Of a stretch of 64,000 nucleotides of DNA, positions 33,927 through 42,046 are shown one piece after another. The DNA is taken from contig CAJPTC010000013.1 in the NCBI GenBank assembly GCA_905373475.1, positions 2,060 to 66,059 on the forward strand, read 5' to 3'. Position 1 is the stretch's first letter. The number at the start of each line of letters is the position of its first letter. A program made the position numbers and the translations under genes. The stretch is from Bacteroidia bacterium. GTDB lineage: Bacteria; Bacteroidota; Bacteroidia; Bacteroidales; CAJPTX01. The notes beneath the pieces were generated by a model. The model was not told the DNA's origin. It did no database searches and saw only the letters and a list, made by a program, of their open reading frames with translations.

Positions 33927-35606
33927 ATGAAATACAGAATTCTGTTTTTTACAATAGTCCTGTTGCCCGTGCTACTTTTCTTTGCGAGTTGTGCAAAGGA
34001 GTTGGAGTTTGAACCCACGGGGAGTGTGCTTACTCCCGATCAGCTCAAAGAAGCAGGGAAACTTTCGCAGGATCGGGCGAATGTGATCTTCAAAGGGATG
34101 TATGGAGAGTTGAAGCGCTTCAATCGCCTAGGCAATTCACCAGCGTATGCATACGATTTTGGGTATTCATCTTTTGCTTTGATGTTGGATCACCTCTCCG
34201 ATAAAATGTGGTCGGTAGACCATCGTTACAATTGGTATCGCAGTGTATTCAAGTATGTTGCACTCGGCGAGACTTCAGCAATTACGTATCTACTCTACTC
34301 CAGTTATTATGCCTACATCGCAGAGGCAAATAAGGTGCTCAATACCGTTAGTGATGAAACGGATGAGGGGAAGAGCTTCCGTGCACAGGCACGTGCGTTT
34401 CGTGCTTTCGCATACCTGAATCTGATCCAGTCCTACCAGTTCACCTATAAAGGGAATGAGCAGGCATCGGGTGTACCGATCGTGCGTGAAAATATGACAC
34501 GTGCACAGCAGATCGATAATAAGCGTGCCTCCGTTGAAGAAGTTTACAACTATATTCTTGAAGACCTGAACTATGCAAAGGATATCTTACAAGATTCTAT
34601 CCCTAAGCAGAAGTCTACTATAGGGGGCTGCGCGGTGTATGGTCTTTTGGCGCGTACCTATTTACTGATGCAAAACTGGCAAGAGGCTTATACTGCAGCA
34701 CAGAAGGCATTGGAAATTGCGGGGCGTGCAAACATTACTCCGTTGCGTACAGCTGAGGCGAATAGACCAGGTTTCAACGATATCCGAATCCACAATGTGA
34801 TCTGGGGGATTGACTATACTCCTGACGACCTTGTTACCAAGAGCGATATGATGACTTGGGAGTCTATGATGTGCTCTTTGAAGTATGGGCAGAATGCGCC
34901 GCTAACGTACACCGTACGTGGTTTCATTTTGCGTAAGGTAAATCCCGATTTCTATGAGACAATAGATCCCACTGACGTGCGTAAGGCATGGTTCTATACA
35001 CCTGAGTACGACGCAGGATTGCGCCGCTTCTTGAGTGATGCAGGTGCAACCGCAGCAGAATTAGATGATCAGATCAAACTAATTGTCGAGAAGCAGTGGA
35101 AGGGGCAACTCTATGCGAACATTAAGTTTGCACCGTATCAGGGCAATCCAGGCGCTCGTATCAATGCAACCGATTTCCCTCTAATGCGTGTGGAAGAGTT
35201 GTATTACATCCAAGCAGAAGCGATTGCAAGGGACAACGAGGCTAAAGGTATTGAGTATCTAGAGAAATTTATAACGAACTACCGTCAGCCTACCTATAAT
35301 TATGCAAAGAACCAAGCTCGTTTAGGACAAACTTCGTTCACACAAGAAATTTATCGTCAGCGTGCACTTGAGTTCTGGGGTGAGGGAATTACCTTCTATG
35401 ATATGATGCGTCTAGGGCTTCCACTGATGCGCGAGGGTACGCTTGCTAAGCGTGATCCTAGTGCAGGTGGTTATCCGCTCGAGTCTCGTTTCAATATCCC
35501 TGCGGGCGATAACAAGTTCCTATTCCAGTTCCCCCGCGAAGAGATTCTTAACAACCGTGCGGTACAGCAGAATCCTATTGGCGAACAGATTAAGGATACC
35601 TTCTAG
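33927..35606 (+). CDS. SusD/RagB-family outer-membrane lipoprotein
   Basis: Lipoprotein signal LLFFASC|AKE. It starts 27 nt after the SusC stop. The protein is ~540 aa and helical, with the family-typical C-terminal region ..YYIQAEAIA..YRQRALEFWGEGITFYDMMRLGLP. Confidence 0.85.
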   Translation: MKYRILFFTIVLLPVLLFFASCAKELEFEPTGSVLTPDQLKEAGKLSQDRANVIFKGMYGELKRFNRLGNSPAYAYDFGYSSFALMLDHLSDKMWSVDHRYNWYRSVFKYVALGETSAITYLLYSSYYAYIAEANKVLNTVSDETDEGKSFRAQARAFRAFAYLNLIQSYQFTYKGNEQASGVPIVRENMTRAQQIDNKRASVEEVYNYILEDLNYAKDILQDSIPKQKSTIGGCAVYGLLARTYLLMQNWQEAYTAAQKALEIAGRANITPLRTAEANRPGFNDIRIHNVIWGIDYTPDDLVTKSDMMTWESMMCSLKYGQNAPLTYTVRGFILRKVNPDFYETIDPTDVRKAWFYTPEYDAGLRRFLSDAGATAAELDDQIKLIVEKQWKGQLYANIKFAPYQGNPGARINATDFPLMRVEELYYIQAEAIARDNEAKGIEYLEKFITNYRQPTYNYAKNQARLGQTSFTQEIYRQRALEFWGEGITFYDMMRLGLPLMREGTLAKRDPSAGGYPLESRFNIPAGDNKFLFQFPREEILNNRAVQQNPIGEQIKDTF

Positions 35607-35637
35607 AGGATTCGCTTAGGAACAGTTACAACAAAAA

Positions 35638-38292
35638 ATGATTCTGGCGATGAGACGATTATTGTTTTTCGGTTACTTGTTCTTGTCCTTGCTACTCGCC
35701 AAGTCGCTCTGTGGTGCGCCCATTGACTTGCAGCGGGCACAAGAATTAGCACAGCAGCAGTTGCAAAGCGTACAACCGCTTCGTGGGAAAGGGTACACAC
35801 TTGCGCTCTCCTATACAAGTTCGGGTGTGCCTGTACGTGGCGACGTATCTGTTAAGGACTACTACATCTTTGATGTGAAAGGGCGCGATGGCTTTGTCAT
35901 TGTCGCGGGTGATGATAATTTAGGTCAATCCATTATTGGCTATTCTCTCGAGAATAAGTTTCAGGTTGAGGGGATGCCAGCACACATTAAGAACTGGCTT
36001 GACATTAAGGCGGCATGGGTGCAAAAAGCACGTCTTCGTGGTACTGAAAAACCTGGAGAACTCCTAGATGTATACAAAAATAAGACGACGCCCATTGCGC
36101 CGATTATAAATGACATCAAGTGGGATCAGGAAGACCCATACAACATGCTAACCCCGCAGAATGCGCCTACAGGCTGTTTGGCTACTGCTATGGCACAAGT
36201 GATGCGTTATCATTGTTGGCCGATTGAGTCGCGTGGTAAGATTCGCTATACTGATGCTAGTGGTAGATCTCGTAAATACGATTTCGGTCACAGGTTTGAT
36301 TGGGCGAATATGACCAACCTCTACAATGCGCGTTCGACCGACGAAGAACGTGCTGCGGTTGCTTTGCTTATGGTAGAGTGTGGTTATGCTGCACAGATGC
36401 GTTGGACTAAGTATGGTAGCGGCGCTTATCTGTCCAATGCATTCCTAGGGTTACGTAAGTATTTCGACTACGGTCCGCGCCTCAAATATGTGCAGCAAAT
36501 TCACTATACGATAGAGGAGTGGGTAGATATTATTATGAAAGAACTCTCCGAGGGACGTCCTGTTCTTTACGGTGGTGCGGCTTTTGGTGTAGGGCATGCT
36601 TTTGTTTGCGATGGTTACGATGGTAAAGGGCTTTTCCATTTCAATTGGGGGTGGAGCGGTTTGAGTAATGGCTGGTATTCGCTCTCCGATATGTTGCCAC
36701 GAAGTCAGAGTACGGGTGGTGGAGGAGAAGGCGGATACAATATGACCGCGGATATAATAATTGGTTGGGAGCCCATGCCGAAGTCTACTGTTGTAAAGGA
36801 AGACCCGAATATTAGCGTCTATGAGCTTATGACGAACACGTCGGCTACATATTCGAAGAATACAGTTTTGGAAGGCGAAAGTGCTCTGAAACTACGCGGT
36901 CTAGCGAACTATGGCTATGATGTCGTAGAATTCCGTCCAGGCTTGCGTCTTGTGGATAATAAGGGCAAAGAGGTTAAGATCTTTTGGGCTACTGATGAGG
37001 AAATTCAGAATATGGAAGGGGGAACATTCTCGTCACGGCGAGTACCTATTCCGACAATATATTCTGACATTCCTAATGGCACCTATCAGATCGAGGTGGT
37101 ATACAAAGTCGCTGGCGAGGAGACGTTCCGCAAAATGCCAATCATGCCGCGTTATGGCAAGAATATGGTGACTATAAGCGATGATAAGGTAAACTTCTCT
37201 ACTACTGAAAATACACCTCGTTTAGAGCTTACTTGGAAGACACCAGTATTGCGCAAAGACAGTTACAATTACGTGGATTTTGAAATAAAGAACGTCGGAA
37301 ACACTGCTTATACCAGTGTTTTTGGAGCAGGCTGGTCAGACAAGAAAACAACAACGGAGCGCCCATCAAGTACGCAATTCTTCGTCTTTGTTCAATCTTT
37401 GCGACTAGAAGTTGGCGAGACGCAGGTCTTCCACGAGCTGCTCCCGACATTCCCAGAAGAGATAGATGCTAACTACCTCCACTTCTATTGGGATTCGTCG
37501 AATGGAACAAGCCAAGATCTCATGCTAGAGGTCGGCGGGCGCTACTATCCTGTTGAACCTTTTGCGGTTGCAGAGTTTGAGAAGAAGCCTGCTTATAATT
37601 ACAGCGAAGAGTATAAAGCCGAACTAGAGAATGTGCCTAGTGAGGTTGTACAAGGCAACTTCCTTGAGTTCGATATCAAAATAGGGAATGAGGAGAAGAA
37701 TATGGGTGTCGATACAGGGCTTAAGGTCTTGTTCTTTAATGACAACACGATAGACACTATTGCGTCGCACCGTATTGGGACATGTTATTTACCCCCGAAC
37801 CATACTGAAACCTTCCATGTCCGTTATCCTGTCACTTGGGCACCGCGTGACGGCTATTCGTTCCACGTTGTCTATCAGGTCGTGGAACTAGAGGCAGATC
37901 TTGAGAACCCAGGGAAGACGAAGAAGGTGTATCAGTATATCGATTTCGAGCCCGAATTGGTAGGACGTTTCAAGGTAACGAAACCCGAGTCATCTGCTAT
38001 GCCAGTGCCTAACTATGGTACGACGGGTATTGAGGAGGCGAAAGCGTTAGAGGCTTTTGTCGCATCGCCGAACCCTTTCCGCGATGTGCTGCGCATTCTT
38101 GCGCCTGATTCTTACAACGTACAGGGTACTTGCTACGAGTTGGTGAGCGCACAAGGCATTGTTGTGCGAAAAGGGCTATTACAGGATAGAGAAACTCTCC
38201 TTAATACAAAGGGGTTGCCTGCTGGTCTTTATATGTTGCGTTTGGCAACAAAGACGGGCGAGCAACGAACACATAGAGTAGTGAAACACTAA
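35638..38292 (+). CDS. Peptidase C10 (streptopain/PrtT-like cysteine protease) with T9SS C-terminal sorting domain
   Basis: Starts 31 nt after the SusD stop. It has a signal peptide and a Spi/I69-like pro-region (YYIFDVKGRDGFVIVAGDDNLGQSIIGYS). The catalytic Cys motif is QNAPTGCLATAMAQVMRYHCWP, the His motif is FGVGHAFVCDGYD, and FHFNWGWSG follows. The CTD reads VASPNPF..GLYMLRL..RTHRVVKH. Confidence 0.85.
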   Translation: MILAMRRLLFFGYLFLSLLLAKSLCGAPIDLQRAQELAQQQLQSVQPLRGKGYTLALSYTSSGVPVRGDVSVKDYYIFDVKGRDGFVIVAGDDNLGQSIIGYSLENKFQVEGMPAHIKNWLDIKAAWVQKARLRGTEKPGELLDVYKNKTTPIAPIINDIKWDQEDPYNMLTPQNAPTGCLATAMAQVMRYHCWPIESRGKIRYTDASGRSRKYDFGHRFDWANMTNLYNARSTDEERAAVALLMVECGYAAQMRWTKYGSGAYLSNAFLGLRKYFDYGPRLKYVQQIHYTIEEWVDIIMKELSEGRPVLYGGAAFGVGHAFVCDGYDGKGLFHFNWGWSGLSNGWYSLSDMLPRSQSTGGGGEGGYNMTADIIIGWEPMPKSTVVKEDPNISVYELMTNTSATYSKNTVLEGESALKLRGLANYGYDVVEFRPGLRLVDNKGKEVKIFWATDEEIQNMEGGTFSSRRVPIPTIYSDIPNGTYQIEVVYKVAGEETFRKMPIMPRYGKNMVTISDDKVNFSTTENTPRLELTWKTPVLRKDSYNYVDFEIKNVGNTAYTSVFGAGWSDKKTTTERPSSTQFFVFVQSLRLEVGETQVFHELLPTFPEEIDANYLHFYWDSSNGTSQDLMLEVGGRYYPVEPFAVAEFEKKPAYNYSEEYKAELENVPSEVVQGNFLEFDIKIGNEEKNMGVDTGLKVLFFNDNTIDTIASHRIGTCYLPPNHTETFHVRYPVTWAPRDGYSFHVVYQVVELEADLENPGKTKKVYQYIDFEPELVGRFKVTKPESSAMPVPNYGTTGIEEAKALEAFVASPNPFRDVLRILAPDSYNVQGTCYELVSAQGIVVRKGLLQDRETLLNTKGLPAGLYMLRLATKTGEQRTHRVVKH

Positions 38293-38308
38293 ATACTATT
38301 CCATGACA

Positions 38309-38343
38309 GACCTCGACACGTCCTATGGCGTGCCGAGGTCTTT
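38309..38343 (+). terminator. Putative intrinsic terminator after the C10 protease gene
   Basis: GACCTCGACACG-TCCTATGG-CGTGCCGAGGTC (12-bp stem, one mismatch) followed by TTT. Confidence 0.55.
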
Positions 38344-38390
38344 GAATAGTTCATTGAATTGATTGATTTTAATCCTTTGTAGATTTCAAT

Positions 38391-41300
38391 ATGAAAAGGA
38401 TACTAACCTATTTTGTGTCAGCGCTCTTCCTGCTGACTCTCTTCGTATCGGCTACTGTCCGAGCAGAAGATAAACCGTTCATTACGGTGTGGAAGGTGGA
38501 TGATGCTAACAAGAGTATTACCTTCCCTGGCTTAGGGAAGTTTACTCTCAAATACAAGCTCGTTGGCTCTGCAGGTACTCCTACCGATCTCGGAGAAGTA
38601 AATGTAACCGATGAAAGCAAAAGAAAGGTTATTGAATTCCCCGCAGCGGGAGAATATGAGGTGGAGGCATCGCATCAAATTACAGGGCTTTATGCTCGTG
38701 GAGCTACGAACCGCGATGCGCTAATACTTGTTAAGCAGTGGGGGACAGCGAAATGGGAAAAACTAGCGAACGCATTTGAAGGCTGTGGGAATGTAGATAT
38801 CGCCGCTACCGCTGGAATACCGACGCTGACAACAGTGAAATCGCTGTCGCGTACATTTGGGCAGTGTAAAAAGTTGACTGCCGACCTGAAGGATTGGGAT
38901 GTGAGCAACGTAGAAGACTTCACGGCGATGTTCGTGTCGTGTACCCTCTTTAATAGCGATTTGTCGGCTTGGAATGTTGCCAAAGCGAAAAGTATGACCA
39001 ATATGTTCTCGGGGGCTGCGAAGTTTAACCAAGACTTGAGTGCATGGAAGGACAAACTCACGGCTTGTACTAAGATGAGCCGCATGTTCTATGGGTGCAC
39101 AGACTTTGAAGGTACGTCGCTGAAAGACTGGGATGTAAGTCATGTAACCGACATGTCGCATATGTTTGAGGGCTGTACTGTATTCAACGGAGATCTCGCG
39201 ACTTGGAATGTGTCAGCAGTAACTGATATGAATGCGATGTTTGCAGGTTGTAGCGTTTTTGCGGCGAACCTTGCAACGTGGAATGTGGCGAAGGTGACCG
39301 ACATGAGTGCGATGTTCAAAGGTTGCCGTCTCTTTAATAGCGATCTGAAAACGTGGGATGTCTCCAAGGTCAAGAACATGGAGAATATCTTTTCCAATTG
39401 TTACAGTTTTAGTTTTTCGATAAAAGATTGGCAACTGACGGCGCTTTTGACGGGCGATAAGAAAATTAGCATTGAGAATGTCGCTTATAACGAAGCTGTG
39501 GTAGACGAACTCCTTACGACGTGGAAAGCAAGGAACTACAAGCGACTAGAAATAGTTGCCAATGGTTTGTACTATTCCAGTAGTATGGGAGCAACGGTGG
39601 CAGAGTTGAGAGACAATGCAGGGCAGTATAAGTGGCGTCTGACGGGCTTTAATGAAGCAAAAGCTGGTCAGTTTAAGTTTGCAGAACGTATTGTCACCAT
39701 GAAGCGCGGAGAGCGTAAGGAAATGCCCGCATTTGAGGGGAAATTCCTTTCACACCGAGTTCTGGTCATAGAGCGCGATCCAGAGGTAGTAGCGCAGACG
39801 TGGAAGACAACGGACGTAACAGATAAAGCAAAATCAGGTGAGTATGTTGAACTAAAAGAGAATCGTGACATTGAACTCGTCGCTATTTTCCAAAAAGAAG
39901 GGCGTACTGCTGGTGCGGGCAAGCACTTTGTTCAGCTCAACGTGTATGGTAGTGGACAAGGGACTGTTACGGGTAATCTAGGTGCTACGGCGATACAACA
40001 GGGCGATAACCTAGTTGATAATACTACGAACGAAAGTGAATTGACGTTAGCGCCTGCGGCGGGGTGCAAGTTTACCAGCGTTATGGTACGTAGCGAAGGC
40101 GAAGATGCCAATGATAATCCAACGGGCTACTATCGTTTTGGAGGCGATAATCTTACTGTGAAAGTGCCAAAGAGTGACCGAAATTTGGTAATTGACGTAG
40201 TTTTTGATAAAACAGATGTAACCGAATTCAGTGCGCCAGATTATAAACTTTATGTAAGTACTGTTGGTTCTGGGAAGGGCAAGATTCAGGGTAAGATTGC
40301 AGAAACAGCGTTTACGGCGGGTGAAAATACTGTGCGCAAAACAGATGAAGTAAGCTATACCATCGTACCTGAGGCGGGCTCTAAGTTGGAAAAACTGTTT
40401 ATTGTAGAGAAAGACACCCGAATTTTTGCCACTTCGGTCGGCGAGACAAATTGGTCGTTGAAATACGAAGACCGCAAGATAGAGCAGGGGGGAAGGATGA
40501 TCTCTGACCCTGTAAAAGCTCCAGAATCGCGTAAACTCCTCGTAACGGTACAGCCTTCGCTTTTGAAGAATATGGAGTTGCAAGGGCTTGCGCCAGGTGA
40601 TACGTATGAATGGTATGTGGGCAAGACGCTTACTGCCGATTTCGGAAAGCCTGGGCATCCCAAAATTGTTTACACGCCTGAGAATGCGACCAACAAGAGC
40701 ATTTCATGGTCATTCGAGCCGAACAACAATGAAGAATATGTAGATGTTGCTTCGCAACGTGCAAAGAAGGGCACGCCTGCAGGGGTAAAGATTCATTGCG
40801 TGGGTACATCTAATGCTGACCCTTCCTTGAAAATTGAGTTTGACGCTGTGATTAAGGAGAAGTTGGTAACAAAGGTTCTTGTAGGCTCGAACCCTGGAAA
40901 AATTTGGACTGCAAAGCCAGGTACTCCAGATGAGGTGAAGGGCGAAGGGATTGAACTAGGGGCAGAATTTTTACTTCTTGTTCAGATTGAACCAGAGGAT
41001 GCCTCTAATCAAGAGTACGACGTAGTTTTTGCTCCAGATGGTATCATCAAGCCGCTTGGTAAGAACATGTTCCGAGCTATGAAAGTCGCTGATGAGGTGA
41101 CGATGACCGTTACAAGCAAGTCTAGTTCGCATGTGGCGAATACCAAGAAGTTTAAGGTATGGAAGGAAGCGGTAACGGGAATTGAGATCCGTAAAGCGCC
41201 TGAAAAGATTGAGCTTAAGAAGAATACACTGCGCTTAAAGTGGCGTGTACTGCCCGTGGCGGATGAAGAGAAGGGTATAAGGGGTGCAACGGTAAAAACA

Positions 41301-41714
41301 GTTCGTTTTGAAGTAAGCGATACATCTGTTATGAAGCCGAAAGTACATCCTGGGAACTTTAAGCTCCTGAAGGCTGGCAAGAGCGATATTACAGTGATTA
41401 GCGTTGACGACGAGACGAAGCGTGCGACAGTCACGATTGAAGTTGTTGCGCCCACTACGGGAATTGAAGAAGAGGCATTGGCAAAAGCCGCCGTAATGCC
41501 TAACCCTTTTGCGGAGAAGTTCTATGTCTCAGGCTATGAGCTCTGGGCGGGTCGCTATGAACTAATCAATGCACAAGGTGTGGTGGTACTAGGTGGGCAA
41601 CTAATGCCTAGCACAACCGAGATTGCCACTACGGGCATCCCGTCTGGCGTTTATGTGCTACGTCTTACTGCGCCAGAAGGCACAACGCGAACAATAAAAG
41701 TTGTGAAGCATTAA
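38391..41714 (+). CDS. BspA-family leucine-rich-repeat (DUF285) surface protein with Big_2-like domains and T9SS C-terminal sorting domain
   Basis: Signal peptide ..VSATVRA|EDK. It carries about 8 DUF285-type repeats (WDVSNVEDFTAMF..FNSDLSAWNVAKAKSMTNMF..FNQDLSAWK..WDVSHVTDMSHMFEGCTVFNGDLATWNVSAVTDMNAMF..). InlB-B-like and Big_2-like modules follow. The CTD reads VMPNPF..GVYVLRL..RTIKVVKH. Confidence 0.85.
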   Translation: MKRILTYFVSALFLLTLFVSATVRAEDKPFITVWKVDDANKSITFPGLGKFTLKYKLVGSAGTPTDLGEVNVTDESKRKVIEFPAAGEYEVEASHQITGLYARGATNRDALILVKQWGTAKWEKLANAFEGCGNVDIAATAGIPTLTTVKSLSRTFGQCKKLTADLKDWDVSNVEDFTAMFVSCTLFNSDLSAWNVAKAKSMTNMFSGAAKFNQDLSAWKDKLTACTKMSRMFYGCTDFEGTSLKDWDVSHVTDMSHMFEGCTVFNGDLATWNVSAVTDMNAMFAGCSVFAANLATWNVAKVTDMSAMFKGCRLFNSDLKTWDVSKVKNMENIFSNCYSFSFSIKDWQLTALLTGDKKISIENVAYNEAVVDELLTTWKARNYKRLEIVANGLYYSSSMGATVAELRDNAGQYKWRLTGFNEAKAGQFKFAERIVTMKRGERKEMPAFEGKFLSHRVLVIERDPEVVAQTWKTTDVTDKAKSGEYVELKENRDIELVAIFQKEGRTAGAGKHFVQLNVYGSGQGTVTGNLGATAIQQGDNLVDNTTNESELTLAPAAGCKFTSVMVRSEGEDANDNPTGYYRFGGDNLTVKVPKSDRNLVIDVVFDKTDVTEFSAPDYKLYVSTVGSGKGKIQGKIAETAFTAGENTVRKTDEVSYTIVPEAGSKLEKLFIVEKDTRIFATSVGETNWSLKYEDRKIEQGGRMISDPVKAPESRKLLVTVQPSLLKNMELQGLAPGDTYEWYVGKTLTADFGKPGHPKIVYTPENATNKSISWSFEPNNNEEYVDVASQRAKKGTPAGVKIHCVGTSNADPSLKIEFDAVIKEKLVTKVLVGSNPGKIWTAKPGTPDEVKGEGIELGAEFLLLVQIEPEDASNQEYDVVFAPDGIIKPLGKNMFRAMKVADEVTMTVTSKSSSHVANTKKFKVWKEAVTGIEIRKAPEKIELKKNTLRLKWRVLPVADEEKGIRGATVKTVRFEVSDTSVMKPKVHPGNFKLLKAGKSDITVISVDDETKRATVTIEVVAPTTGIEEEALAKAAVMPNPFAEKFYVSGYELWAGRYELINAQGVVVLGGQLMPSTTEIATTGIPSGVYVLRLTAPEGTTRTIKVVKH

Positions 41715-41740
41715 GTGTCGAACACGTTTTACGTATACAA

Positions 41741-41771
41741 GGGGAGTCTCTCGTCGAGGCTTCCCTTTTTT
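41741..41771 (+). terminator. Putative intrinsic terminator
   Basis: Imperfect hairpin GGGGAGTCTC-TCGTC-GAGGCTTCCC followed by TTTTTT. Confidence 0.5.
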
Positions 41772-41997
41772 CATGATAATTGATGTGAAGATAATTATTG
41801 TTGGAGTCTCTGCTTTTGTGATGTCACAAGTCAACTCGCTTTTATTTGCTACTGTTCTAAATTACGAAAGATGAAATGTTTCTTTTATTTGACTAATTGT
41901 AACGAAAGAGCACTGTAATACGTGAGTGACGTGGCGAACTCTAAATACAAGACTTCGATTAGTACATTAGTCAGGTAGTTAAGAGCTTGCGAGGCGC

Positions 41998-42005
41998 TAT
42001 ATTTG
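41998..42005 (+). promoter_or_regulatory. Candidate -7 promoter box (TAnnTTTG)
   Basis: TATATTTG lies 42 nt upstream of ATG 42047 and downstream of the track's alternative start at 41987. Confidence 0.4.
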
Positions 42006-42046
42006 TGGTGAGAACTATTTGTATAACCAATAAAGGAGACAGAATA

